Assembly (NCBI GenBank): GCA_030426085.1
Contig: JAUHYW010000012.1
Span: forward strand, 2,425 to 66,424
Direction of reading: 5' to 3'
Origin: a bacterium
GTDB lineage: Bacteria > Myxococcota_A > Bradymonadia > UBA7976 > UBA1532
Length of the DNA stretch: 64,000 nt
In this document: in pieces, positions 16,650 through 26,369 of the stretch
Position numbering within the stretch: position 1 is the stretch's first letter
Layout: every line of letters starts with the position of its first letter
Made by a program: the position numbers and the translations under genes
The notes under the pieces: generated by a model
The model's input: the letters and a program-made list of their open reading frames with translations, nothing else
What the model was told of the DNA's origin: nothing
Database searches by the model: none

Positions 16650-18536
16650 TCACTCCTGAGCGAAGTCCCACTTCGAGCGATCACAGGTCGCCGCGAAGCC
16701 ATAGCGATCGCCGGCCACCGCCGTGCCCTGGGCCTCGGAGCCTTCGAGGTAGTACACGAAGTCGAGCTGGCGGTCGGGGCGCTCCATCTCGGTGGCGAAG
16801 ACCCGGGCGATCTCGTTGGCCGGCAGGGTCTTGCGGCCGGCGACGACCACCGGGGGGATGCGCAGGCCGGGGGTGCCGTGGCGGGCGCGGTAGGCCCGCC
16901 AGACCAGCTCGGTGCACACCAGCGCGTGGTCGGTGGCGAAGTCGAAGTCGAAGTCGTAGGGCCGGCCGAGCTGGCGGAAGGCGAAGTCGATGGCCCGGGC
17001 CTTGGTCCAGGCCGGCAGGCGGGGGCGCAGGGCGACGAGGTAGTCCCCGGCGGCCGACTTCAGCGTGCTCTGCACCACGCCCTCGCTGATGGCTTCGATG
17101 ATGGGCAGCGATCCGCCGGACGCCTCGGCCTTCTCCATCGCCTGCCACGCGGCCGGGTAGCGCCGCTCGATATAGGCGGTGAAGCGCTCGGCGCGGCCGG
17201 TGCGGCGCTCGATCCAGGCGGTGACGGTGGGGTCGTCGTCGAAGGCGGCGGCCAGCTCGGCCCGGGTGCCGACCCACAGCAGCGCGTGGGGCCAGAAGCC
17301 GGGCAGGCCCACGTTGCTGAGGTACCAGTTCTTGCGGGCCAGCATGACGTCGCCCGGGGCCAGCGCGCCCCGCATCTCGTCCAGCGCCTCGGGGTCGATG
17401 AGGTAGCGCCCCTTGCGCTTGACCTTGAAGTCGCCGAGGAAGGCGGCCACCCCGGCCTGCACCGGGAAGGTCCGCGCCTTGACCTCGCGCATCAGCGGGC
17501 CCAGATCGGCCCCGACGCTGGTGGCCGCCATCTCGAGGGTGCCCTTGTCGTCGAGCCGCTCCAGCCGGGCCCGCACGTCGTCCCACAGCGCGCCGTAGCC
17601 CCGGGCCCGGGCGTCGACGTCCGACCCGTGGGCCATCGCCAGCCACTGCTGATAGCGCTTGCCGGCGGTCACCCGCGCCAGATCGGTCAGGCCCAGCAGC
17701 TCTTCGCGGACCCAGGTGACCGACCCCGCGCGCAGCCCCCGGTCGCGGCGGCCGAGCTCGAGCAGCTTGACGACGTTGGGGTTGCGGTCGAGCAGGCCGA
17801 TGATGGCGGCGGTGTGCGCGTAGAGGGCCAGCTCGGCGGCGAAGGTCAGCAGGAAGCTGCGGACGTGGCGGTCCCGCTCGGGCCGGGAGAGGTCGAAGGC
17901 GAAGTAGTCTTCGTAGAACGCCCGGATCTGGTCCAGGGCGAAGGCGGTGTCGACGAAGCCGGCCCAGACGTCGATGACGAAGCGCTCCTCGTCGGCGGTG
18001 GCCACCCGGGGCGGGGCGCCGTCGGCGGGGAAGAGGTCGACCCGGCCTTCGAGCGCCCGGTGCAGGCCGGCGAGGGTCGCCGAGAGCTGGGCCACCTGCG
18101 TCCGGTCGGCCTCGAACCCGGCGTGGAACGTGTGCTTCGACATCCGGGTGAGCGGCTTGGGCGCGCCGATCCAGTGCACCGTGACCCGCACCACGCCGCC
18201 GACGAGCAGCAGCGCGGTCAGCGCGACGATGCGCCGGCGACCGACCTCCCGGCCGGCGTAGGGCCCGATGAGGAAGAGCCCGGCGATCATCGCCACGAGG
18301 GCCAGCATGCCGACCCCGATCAGGCCGCCGAGCATCTGGGGCAGCCAGCGGGTGCCGGCGTCGGCCAGCCAGTAGCCGGCGATCGAGCCGATGCCCAGCA
18401 GGATGATGGCGGCGCCGAGGCCGAACAGGATCTGACCGGCGCGGTACGAGCGGCGGGGCGCGGGGCGGGGCCGCGGTTCGGGGGCGGACACCTCGGGCGG
18501 CAGCGAGACCGGTCGGGGGCGGCGCAGGCGCTTCAT
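16650..18536 (-). CDS. Membrane protein with a C-terminal YiiX/DUF830-like permuted papain-fold domain
   Basis: 628 aa. ATG start, N-terminal Arg/Pro-rich region, then three TM helices. The C-terminal region GDVMLARKNWYLSNV...GDYLVALRP...DHALVCTELVWRAYR resembles permuted NlpC/P60-type amidases. Confidence 0.45.
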   Translation of the reverse strand: MKRLRRPRPVSLPPEVSAPEPRPRPAPRRSYRAGQILFGLGAAIILLGIGSIAGYWLADAGTRWLPQMLGGLIGVGMLALVAMIAGLFLIGPYAGREVGRRRIVALTALLLVGGVVRVTVHWIGAPKPLTRMSKHTFHAGFEADRTQVAQLSATLAGLHRALEGRVDLFPADGAPPRVATADEERFVIDVWAGFVDTAFALDQIRAFYEDYFAFDLSRPERDRHVRSFLLTFAAELALYAHTAAIIGLLDRNPNVVKLLELGRRDRGLRAGSVTWVREELLGLTDLARVTAGKRYQQWLAMAHGSDVDARARGYGALWDDVRARLERLDDKGTLEMAATSVGADLGPLMREVKARTFPVQAGVAAFLGDFKVKRKGRYLIDPEALDEMRGALAPGDVMLARKNWYLSNVGLPGFWPHALLWVGTRAELAAAFDDDPTVTAWIERRTGRAERFTAYIERRYPAAWQAMEKAEASGGSLPIIEAISEGVVQSTLKSAAGDYLVALRPRLPAWTKARAIDFAFRQLGRPYDFDFDFATDHALVCTELVWRAYRARHGTPGLRIPPVVVAGRKTLPANEIARVFATEMERPDRQLDFVYYLEGSEAQGTAVAGDRYGFAATCDRSKWDFAQE

Positions 18537-18736
18537 GGGGGCTCCGTGGTCGCCGGGCGGGGGGCACGATAGCGCAGCCGGGCGCCTGGATCAGCCCCTC
18601 CCGGTCGGGGGCAGGGGGTGCCTCGATCTGCACCCCCCGCCCCCGCAGCGGGCTGCGCTTCTCGGCCGACGCGCGTTTCGAGAAGCTGGCTCCAGGGCTC
18701 ATAAAGCAATCACAGCCCACATTCCCAGGAGGTCCC

Positions 18737-19939
18737 ATGCGCTCTGCTCTGCTCACCCTCGCGCTCGCCGCCCCGCTGGCCGGCGCGCTCTCCAGCTGCA
18801 CCGGCGACCCCGCCGACTGCGCCGACTGCCTCACCCCCGACAGCGCACCCGATATCGGGCCCGACGGCGGCCCCGAGGTGCCCGGCGAGCCGGCCTGCCT
18901 CGACGCCCTCCCGCCGGTCGATCTGCTGCTGGTCATCGACGACAGCGGCTCGATGTGCGAGGAGCAGGCGGCGGTGGGCGGCGCGTTCGACGCCATGCAG
19001 ACGGCCCTCGATGGCTATGACTGGCGCCTGGCGGTCGTCACCACCGACATGCACCCCGACAACCGCTGGCGGGCGACGTTCGGCAAGCCCTCGGCGCTGC
19101 CGGTGCCCTCGCTCAACTGCGCCGACGCCGACGGCGAGCCGGCGGTGCCCGACACCGTCGACTGCGAGGCCGAGGCCCCGCCCGTGCTCGACCCGGGCCC
19201 GCTCGACAAGGCCACCGCCGCCCGCCGCTTCCGGTGCATGGTGAACGTGGGCACCCAGGGCGACGGCTTCGAGAAGCCGCTGGCCGCGGCGGCCCACGCC
19301 CTGGACTGCGAGGGGCCCAACGCCGATCTGCTCGGGCCGTGCGCCGGCGATGACGCGCCCTTCCTGCGGCCGGGGGCGGCGCTGGTGGTGGTCTACATGG
19401 GCGACGAGGACGACTGCTCCGACGGGGCGGTGCCCGAGGACGACCCCCAGATGGCCGACTGCGTCTACGACGACGCCCCGGGCGGCGCGCCGTGTCGGAT
19501 CCCGCGGTCCACCGGGGACGCCTGCGTCTGGATGGCCGACCAGCTCACCCCGGTGGGGCACTTCGTCGACGCGCTGCGCGGGGCCAACCCGACCGCGGCG
19601 GGGGTGACCGCGCTGACGCTGGCCGGGCCCCGCTTCGCGCCGGTCGACGGGCAGCCGGTGCGCTTCGTGCCCGGCGCGCGCGATCCGGCGTGCGAGGCCG
19701 AGCCGGTCAGCCCCGCGTGCTGCCCCGACGGGCTGTGCCGGGGCGAGACGGCGCCGGTGTGCGCCGGCCCGCTCGGCGAGGCGTTCGCCGGCAACCGGCT
19801 GCGGGCGATGGCCGAGGCGTTCCCCGGCGAGGGGCTGGGGGTCTCGATCTGCGAGGCCGACGCCCCGGCCGGGCTCGCCGACCGGCTCTCGCTCAAGCTC
19901 GAGCTGGCGCTGCCCCCGCCGTGCGACCCGGTGGACTGA
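18737..19939 (+). CDS. Lipoprotein with a vWA-like domain and Cys-rich C-terminal region
   Basis: AGGAGG RBS. Signal peptide plus lipobox (LAGALSSC). LLLVIDDSGSM is a vWA MIDAS-like motif. Many paired Cys in the C-terminal half. Confidence 0.55.
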   Translation: MRSALLTLALAAPLAGALSSCTGDPADCADCLTPDSAPDIGPDGGPEVPGEPACLDALPPVDLLLVIDDSGSMCEEQAAVGGAFDAMQTALDGYDWRLAVVTTDMHPDNRWRATFGKPSALPVPSLNCADADGEPAVPDTVDCEAEAPPVLDPGPLDKATAARRFRCMVNVGTQGDGFEKPLAAAAHALDCEGPNADLLGPCAGDDAPFLRPGAALVVVYMGDEDDCSDGAVPEDDPQMADCVYDDAPGGAPCRIPRSTGDACVWMADQLTPVGHFVDALRGANPTAAGVTALTLAGPRFAPVDGQPVRFVPGARDPACEAEPVSPACCPDGLCRGETAPVCAGPLGEAFAGNRLRAMAEAFPGEGLGVSICEADAPAGLADRLSLKLELALPPPCDPVD

Positions 19940-20063
19940 CGGCGCCTTCCGGCCGCCCCCCGGCTGGAGTACCCTGCGGCCGATCCGCCGATCGGAGCCC
20001 CGCATGCCGCGCTCTCGCCCGCCCGCCGACGATCCGCGCCCGACCGCGCGCGCGCGCCGTCCG

Positions 20064-21197
20064 ATGCCACCCCGATCCCACGCGGCGGGCCTCGCGCTGC
20101 TCGCGTTGGCGCTGTGCAGCCCGGCCCGGGCGGCGGACTATGCCTTCGCCCTGGCCGGCGAGGTGTGGCCCGACGATCACGTCCCGGGGCATGGCATCGC
20201 CCTGGCTGCCGTCGACTTCGAGCCATGGGTCGCCGAGGGCCGCCCGTCGATCGTGCTCAACACCGACACCCTGCGGTTGGGGCTGAGCGAGATGCGCCTG
20301 GGAGAGCGGTGGCGCCTGGGGGTCGGGCTGGCCGGGGAGTATGGCATCGCCGGGCTGCTGACCGACTACTACGTCGAGGGCGAGGCGGTGCCCGACCGGG
20401 GCTTTCTGGCGAGCTACGCCGAGGCCGAGGTCCGGGTGAAGCGGCTGTTCGACGGCGGCGCGTGGAGCGAGCTGGCCGTGACCGGGCGGCGGTGGTTCTT
20501 CGACCGGGCCGACAACACGGCCGACGACCTGGTCCTGCCGCCGGAGGCCTGGGTGCTCATGCCCCGGCTGCACCTGGGCTGGTGGGGGCTGGCCGACGAC
20601 GCCGGCTGGCGGGCCCGGCACCGGCTCTTCCCCCGGCTGCGGGGCTTCGCGGCGGGCGTCGATCTGGGGGTCGACCTGCGCAGCGACTCGAGCGCGTGGG
20701 GCGGCCTGGGCGCGGGCGACGGGCGGGCCGATCGCAACGACCCGATGGCGGTGATCCCCATCGCCCGCCAGTGGCTGCGGGCGGGGCTGCCGCTGGGCGG
20801 GCGGCTGCGGGTCGAGGTCGAGCAGCAGGCCGGCTTCGGGGTCGGCGAGGACGACCTCACCCGGGCCCGGGTGGGCGGGGCGAACCCCTACGTGGTGCAG
20901 GTGCCCGGCGCGCCGTGGGCCGCGTGGCTGGCCGATCGCTTCGTCGCCGGGCGGCTGGCGCTGCCGGTGCGGGCCTTCGCCGACGTCGAGATCGCGCCGA
21001 CCGCCGCCGCGGTGTGGCTGCGCGACCCCCAGCGAGAGGGCGGGGACGCGATGGGGCTGGTGTGGGGCGCCGGGGCGACGGTCGACGCTCGCTTCGGCCG
21101 GTGGCAGGTCGATCTGCGGGGCGGAGTGAGCCCGTCGCTGGCCGACGATCTGGCGTGGAGCGCCTACCTCGGGGTCGGCTGGGGCACCGGCGGCTGA
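20064..21197 (+). CDS. Secreted hypothetical protein, possibly an outer-membrane beta-barrel
   Basis: ATG at 20064. Signal peptide MPPRSHAAGLALLALALCSPARA. Alternating hydrophobic patterns, Trp/Gly-rich. An in-frame alternative upstream start lies at 20004. Confidence 0.4.
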   Translation: MPPRSHAAGLALLALALCSPARAADYAFALAGEVWPDDHVPGHGIALAAVDFEPWVAEGRPSIVLNTDTLRLGLSEMRLGERWRLGVGLAGEYGIAGLLTDYYVEGEAVPDRGFLASYAEAEVRVKRLFDGGAWSELAVTGRRWFFDRADNTADDLVLPPEAWVLMPRLHLGWWGLADDAGWRARHRLFPRLRGFAAGVDLGVDLRSDSSAWGGLGAGDGRADRNDPMAVIPIARQWLRAGLPLGGRLRVEVEQQAGFGVGEDDLTRARVGGANPYVVQVPGAPWAAWLADRFVAGRLALPVRAFADVEIAPTAAAVWLRDPQREGGDAMGLVWGAGATVDARFGRWQVDLRGGVSPSLADDLAWSAYLGVGWGTGG

Positions 21198-21200
21198 GGC

Positions 21201-22865
21201 TCAGCGTTCGAGGCGCGCGCCCGACCAGTCGAGGTGCAGCCGGCCGTCGCGGTAGATCCGGCCGGTGGCCGCCAGATCGGTGCTCTCGGCGTCGATCCGA
21301 CGGTGTACGTTCTCCGGCGGGGTCAGCACGGTGTCCCGGCCGAGGTCGAACCGCTGGGCGGGCAGCAGCGCCCGGTAGGCCCGGTTCAGCGCCAGCGCCC
21401 GGGCCCGCGACGGCAGGATCAGGTCGCCCATGTCACCCGGACCGCCCGGCGCGGCTCGGCGGACCCGGGCCTCGTCGAGCGCGCCGTCGGGCCAGAACCG
21501 GGCCCGCAGCTCAGCGTTGCTGCGGAACTCGTCGCCCCCGTCCACCCGGCGGAACCAGGTGAGCGTCTCGGGCTCGGCGTGGCCCGCCTGGGGCACGTCG
21601 GGCATGCCTTCGACGTCCTGCATCGCCCAGCCCGCCGCGCCGGGCACCTTGCGGGCGAACGAGAAGGTGCTGTCGACGGTGACCGAGAGCGCCGTATGGC
21701 ACCCCATGCAATAGAGCTGCTCTTCGGCGGTCTGCACCCGCAGGCGACCCTCGGCGTCTTCGATGAAGCCCTGGAGCTGCCAGCCGAAGTCATTGCGCAG
21801 CCCGACCTCGGCGTCGCCGGTGTAGCGGGGCAGGATGCCGCGCTCCTTGGCGTCCAGCTCTTCGGCGTAGGCCCGCTGCCGGCCCCAGCGATCGACCGCC
21901 TGCCGCTTGATGGCGTAGCGCAGCTCCTTCAGCCGGGTCGCGAGGTGCCCCGGCGCGTCGGGGTCGAGGTAGCGCACCGGGTGCAGGAACTCCACGCCCG
22001 GGGGGTACAGCAGCCGCTCGACCGGCACGTCGGCCGCCCCGCCGATGTAGTGGCTCGGCAGTGATCGGATGACATGCGCGACGCCGTAGGTGCCATCACC
22101 GTCGAGGTCGTGCCCCGCCCGCCGCTCGTCGACCGGCTCGACCCGGCGGGCGGGCACCTCGGCCTTCGGATCGGCCGCGATGGCCGCCTCGAGGATCGCG
22201 AGGTTGGCCCGATACACCGCCCGCGAGGCGTGCCCGTCGGCGTCGGCCCGGAAGGGCGCCGGCAGCCGCACGAAGACATCGCCGACGCTGCCGTTGCTGG
22301 GCCAGAACGTGCCGGGGAACGGCTTGAACCGCACCGCCCGCCAGCCGCTGCCGTCCCGGGCGAAGCCGTCGCCGTCCACCCCCCGGTGCAGGTCGAGGTC
22401 GGGCACGTAGCCCGGGTAGTCGCCCCGCCCGATCAGGGCCATCCGCAGCGGGGTGTAGTTGTCGGTCCGGATCCAGTCGAGGATGTCGGCCTCGCCCCGG
22501 TCGGGCGCCGGCCGCTCGGCGAACAGGTTGTGCCAGCGGTTGGTGCGGGCGAAGTCGGAGAACGCGTAGGCCGCCTGCAAGGGCCAGTCGACCTGCTCGT
22601 TGGGGCCGATGCCCTCGGCGTGGCAGGTCCAGCACGGGTTGGCGACGCCCGCGGTCCGGGTGTAGCAGGCCGGGGGCACCACCGCCTCGCCGTTGGCGAT
22701 CTCGAGCCCGGCGGCCCGGACCTGCGCCAGCGGGTCGTAGGCCGCCGGGGCCTCACCCGACGACGCGGCGCGCATCGGCGGCGGGGTGCGCGGCGTGGGG
22801 TCGCCGGGCAGGCAGCCGGCGAGCCCGGCGGCGATCAGCAGCAGCGTCTTCGGACCGCGGGTCAT
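21201..22865 (-). CDS. Di-haem c-type cytochrome lipoprotein
   Basis: 554 aa. Lipobox LAGC. Two CxxCH haem-binding motifs, CWTCH and CMGCH. Separated by only 4 bp from the upstream PhoX-like gene, so probably co-transcribed. Confidence 0.6.
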   Translation of the reverse strand: MTRGPKTLLLIAAGLAGCLPGDPTPRTPPPMRAASSGEAPAAYDPLAQVRAAGLEIANGEAVVPPACYTRTAGVANPCWTCHAEGIGPNEQVDWPLQAAYAFSDFARTNRWHNLFAERPAPDRGEADILDWIRTDNYTPLRMALIGRGDYPGYVPDLDLHRGVDGDGFARDGSGWRAVRFKPFPGTFWPSNGSVGDVFVRLPAPFRADADGHASRAVYRANLAILEAAIAADPKAEVPARRVEPVDERRAGHDLDGDGTYGVAHVIRSLPSHYIGGAADVPVERLLYPPGVEFLHPVRYLDPDAPGHLATRLKELRYAIKRQAVDRWGRQRAYAEELDAKERGILPRYTGDAEVGLRNDFGWQLQGFIEDAEGRLRVQTAEEQLYCMGCHTALSVTVDSTFSFARKVPGAAGWAMQDVEGMPDVPQAGHAEPETLTWFRRVDGGDEFRSNAELRARFWPDGALDEARVRRAAPGGPGDMGDLILPSRARALALNRAYRALLPAQRFDLGRDTVLTPPENVHRRIDAESTDLAATGRIYRDGRLHLDWSGARLER

Positions 22866-22869
22866 CGGC

Positions 22870-25272
22870 TCACCCCTCGAACGGCCAGCCGCTGAACACG
22901 CCCTCGCCGGGGTGCTGCACGCTGAAGAACAGCGTGCCCATGGCCGAGGTCAGCGCGGGCCCGGTGGCCTCGGCGTCGCTCGGCGCGGCGACCACCCGGA
23001 ACGGCCGCCCGTAGGTGGCCTCGACCACCCCCGGGGCGCCCTCCATGTGGGCCGGGTCGAGGTCGAGGTAGTAGATCGCGTCGGCGGTGCCGTTGCGCCC
23101 GAAGTTGCCGTCGGTGCCGAACCACAGCCCGCCGTCGCCGTCGACGAGCAGGTTGTCGGGGTTGGCGACGTCGTACAGCCCGGTGCCGGCGGTGCCGACC
23201 CACACCAGCCCGTAGCTGAAGGTGAGGCTGCTGGCCGGATCGGCCGGATCGGCCTCGGTGATCGCGAAGATCGAGCCGTCGGCGTCCTCCCGCACCGGGG
23301 CCTCCTCGGGCTGGGTCTCGGGGTCGTAGACCCGGCCCTCGGCGTCGAGCGCGGTCTGGCGCCCGTGCTTGGTGAAGGCCACGTACAGCCGGGGGGTGCC
23401 GCTGGGGTCGCGGGGGTTCCACTCGACGTCCTCGGGGCGGTTCTGCTCCATGACCCCGATCTTGTTGGCCGCGGTGTACAGCGCCCGGCGCACCATCGTG
23501 TCGTCGGGGAAGCCGCCGATGCGGTTGTAGTCCAGGTCGCGCAGCGCCTCGCCGACGGTGACGCCCGGCCGGCCGAGCGCCGCCCCGTTGGGGGCCTCGT
23601 CGGCGCTGTCGACGCTCATCTCGATCCACCGGCCCTGCGCCGCTTCGAAGCCGTAGGGCAGCGCGTCGCCGACGGTGAAGCCGGTGTGGTTGTCGAGCCC
23701 CTCGAGGTGGGCGACGTACAGCGTGCCGTCGGCCAGCAGGGCCCGGGTCTCGGCCTTGCTCATGCCCGCCCGCCACGGCTCGGCGGTGACGAACTTGTAG
23801 ATGCGGCCCCCGCGGCGGTCGTTGGCCGCGTAGAGCACGATCGGGCGCCCGTCGAGCAGGCCCCAGTCCTCGTCGACGACGAAGGTGGCGTTCTCCCAGC
23901 GGGCCCGGCCGACGGCGCCCAGCTTCTGGTGGCCGACGCCCGCCTCGGACTTGCCGAGCCACTCGCCGGGGGCCACGCCGGGGTCGATCTCGGTCAGGTA
24001 GCCGTAGGCGTCGCGGTCGTGGTGCTCCCAGGCGTCGGCGATGAGCCCGAAGGCCGAGGCGTCGCTGGTGCCATAGGTCGGGCTCACCTCGGATCCGGCG
24101 TCGAAGCCGGCCCCGGGCACGAAGCGCATGCGGCTGGTCCAGGCGGTCTCGAGGTCGCCGTAATAGTCCTGCACGTTCTCCTCGGCGGTGATGACCGTGC
24201 CCCACGGGGTCTGGGCCCCCGAGCAGTCCCCGGCGATGCCCGGGGCGATGCCCTCGGGCAGCAGGGTGCCCTCGTCGGTGTGCTGGCGGCCGGCGAGCGG
24301 CTGGCCGGTGACCGCGAGCAGGGTCTTGCTGGTGGCGTCGTAGCGCACCGCGCCGGCGCTGCGGTCGAGCTGCCACTCGCCGGTGGACGGGTCGCGCACC
24401 GCCCGCATCCACGAGCCGCCGATGCTGCGCTTGAACCACCGGAGCTGGGTGTCGACCGCCGCCTGGGGCCAGGTCATCGCGGTGACGTCGTTGTCGAGCA
24501 GGCCCACCGCCCGCAGCCAGCGGGCGAGGGTGAGCTGCTGGCCGGTCGGGGCCGAGGCCGGGGTCGGGATGTCGTTGCTGATGTACTCGTGGTTGACCCA
24601 CAGCCAGCCGATGTCATCGGCGCCGTTCCACTGGGGCGGCGCGCCCTCGACGGCGTCCCAACCGTCGCCGAACCACGCCACGTAGTCCGCGTTGGCCCCG
24701 AAGCGGGGGGCGAGCGGGTCGTCGTCGTAGGTCAGCGGGTCGAGCCAGCGCACCACGACGCTGGTCTGCGTGCCGGCGATGGCCCGCACGGCGTCGGTGC
24801 TGGCGTTGGCCAGGGGGAACCCGGCCGGGGCCTCGCCGGCCGCGACCCGCTCCACCCGCTCGCGGACCAGCGCGCCGAGGTCGTCGGCGCCCAGCGCGCT
24901 GACCGCCACCAGCGACGAGCGGGGCGGCGCGGTGGACAGGGGGTTGCTGGTCGGCCCGGCCGGGCCCCGGGCCCCGTCGGCGCCGTCGGCGCCGTCGGCC
25001 CCATCGACGCCGTCCAGCCCGTCGACCCCGTCCAGCCCGTCGGCCCCGTCCCGGCCGTCGCGCCCGTCCCGACCGTCGGCGCCGTCCACCCCGTCGGTCC
25101 CCTCCCGGCCGTCGCGCCCGTCGGCCCCGGTCGAGCCCTGAGCCCCGACCGGCCCGGTGGCGCCCTGGGGCCCGGCGACGCCCGGCGCGCCGTCGTCCCC
25201 GTCCGCGCCACATCCGGCCAGGCTCAGCGCCATCGCGAGCCCCGCCACGGTCCATGCAGCCATCCTCGGCAT
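22870..25272 (-). CDS. Lipoprotein carrying an N-terminal collagen-like GXY repeat fused to a PhoX/DUF839-like beta-propeller domain
   Basis: ATG at 25270-25272. Signal peptide MPRMAAWTVAGLAMALSLAGC. About 28 uninterrupted GXY triplets (GAPGVAGPQGATGPVGAQGSTGADGRDGREGTDGVDGADGRDG...). PhoX-like motifs follow (VITAEENVQDYYGD, DNLLVDGDGGLWFGTDGN). Confidence 0.7.
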   Translation of the reverse strand: MPRMAAWTVAGLAMALSLAGCGADGDDGAPGVAGPQGATGPVGAQGSTGADGRDGREGTDGVDGADGRDGRDGRDGADGLDGVDGLDGVDGADGADGADGARGPAGPTSNPLSTAPPRSSLVAVSALGADDLGALVRERVERVAAGEAPAGFPLANASTDAVRAIAGTQTSVVVRWLDPLTYDDDPLAPRFGANADYVAWFGDGWDAVEGAPPQWNGADDIGWLWVNHEYISNDIPTPASAPTGQQLTLARWLRAVGLLDNDVTAMTWPQAAVDTQLRWFKRSIGGSWMRAVRDPSTGEWQLDRSAGAVRYDATSKTLLAVTGQPLAGRQHTDEGTLLPEGIAPGIAGDCSGAQTPWGTVITAEENVQDYYGDLETAWTSRMRFVPGAGFDAGSEVSPTYGTSDASAFGLIADAWEHHDRDAYGYLTEIDPGVAPGEWLGKSEAGVGHQKLGAVGRARWENATFVVDEDWGLLDGRPIVLYAANDRRGGRIYKFVTAEPWRAGMSKAETRALLADGTLYVAHLEGLDNHTGFTVGDALPYGFEAAQGRWIEMSVDSADEAPNGAALGRPGVTVGEALRDLDYNRIGGFPDDTMVRRALYTAANKIGVMEQNRPEDVEWNPRDPSGTPRLYVAFTKHGRQTALDAEGRVYDPETQPEEAPVREDADGSIFAITEADPADPASSLTFSYGLVWVGTAGTGLYDVANPDNLLVDGDGGLWFGTDGNFGRNGTADAIYYLDLDPAHMEGAPGVVEATYGRPFRVVAAPSDAEATGPALTSAMGTLFFSVQHPGEGVFSGWPFEG

Positions 25273-25598
25273 GCCATCTCTCCCTGCTTCGGTCCGCGTC
25301 CATCGCGGCGCGCGCAGGGTGGGCCCGCTCGGTGACCGGGCGATGGGCGGGCGGTGAAAGATCACCGACCGATCGGTGCCCGGGCGGTGGCTGCGCGATG
25401 GCATCGGTGGCAGGCGGCGGTGACGGCCGGGCGACGCATCCGGATAGGGCACACCGGATGGCGTTCATGTCACCCCAGCATCACCCGGCTGTCATGCGTC
25501 CGGTGGATGGGTCTCATGGGAGACGGGCCGTCGTCGGGTGGGTGTCGCGGGCGTGGCCGGCGGATGACGGCGGGGGCGGGTTCGAGCGGGGCGGGGCC

Positions 25599-26051
25599 TC
25601 AGCCGTCGGCCCGCACCTTGCCCTTGGTCTCGGCGACGACGAGGTCCTTGCCGGCGGCCTTCCACCCGGCGACGCCCTCCTCGAAGACGTGCACGTCGGT
25701 GTAGCCCAGGTCGACCGCGGCCAGGGCGGCCTTCTTCGAGGCGCTGCACATGGTGTTGGCGCACAGGAAGGTCATCTTGGCGCCCTTGTCGGCCCCGAGG
25801 GTCTCGGCGCTCATCGCGGCGTAGTCGACCCGCACCGCGGTGGGCAGGGTGCCGGCGGCGTAGGTCTCCTCGCTCGCGGCGTGGAACACCTTGCTGGCCT
25901 TCTGATCGATCCACGACGCGAGGGTCGTCGTGTCGACCTTCTCGTACTTCTTGGCCTCCATCGACTTCTGGCCTTCGCAGGCCAGGGCGGCGGTGGCCCC
26001 GCCGAGCACGAGGCCGGCGGTGAGGAGGGCGGCGGAGAGCTTGCGGAACAT
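25599..26051 (-). CDS. Secreted rhodanese-like domain protein
   Basis: 150 aa, ATG at 26049-26051. Signal peptide MFRKLSAALLTAGLVLGGATAALA. Active-site-like loop FLCANTMCSASKKAA with a Cys. The much longer ORF in the track is an artefactual upstream extension. Confidence 0.6.
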   Translation of the reverse strand: MFRKLSAALLTAGLVLGGATAALACEGQKSMEAKKYEKVDTTTLASWIDQKASKVFHAASEETYAAGTLPTAVRVDYAAMSAETLGADKGAKMTFLCANTMCSASKKAALAAVDLGYTDVHVFEEGVAGWKAAGKDLVVAETKGKVRADG

Positions 26052-26369
26052 GGGGACTCCCACGGGTCGGTGTGCGGCGGGCCGCCGACGGCGGCCTGTC
26101 GGGACGATGCCGGCGGCTCCCGGCGGGTTGCGGCCCCCGAGGCCCGTCGACGGACGCCGATCAGCAGAGCAGATCCCGCCCGGCGAGCGCCAGCGGACCG
26201 GCGTATCGCGCCGTATCCTCCGTATCGATCGAGCGGGCTCCGGCGTCAGTCGCTCACTCTTGCGTGACGGTGTGCCCCGAGCCCCGGTTTTCTGGCATGA
26301 TGGCCCGGCGCGGATGCTCGGAGGCCGCCTGCCCTGGACGGCCTCGGCGGTGCGCGCGTCAGGAGACCC

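Noticed and set aside
16681-18996. 771-aa minus-strand ORF overlapping the 16650-18536 membrane-protein gene in another frame
   Set aside because: Frame-shifted shadow of the real gene. The product is Arg/Pro/Gly-rich with no motifs.
22786-25335. 849-aa + strand ORF and the 579-aa minus-strand ORF 22862-24601 overlapping the PhoX-like gene
   Set aside because: Shadow frames of the collagen-repeat/PhoX-like gene, whose own frame has clear signal peptide, GXY and PhoX motifs.
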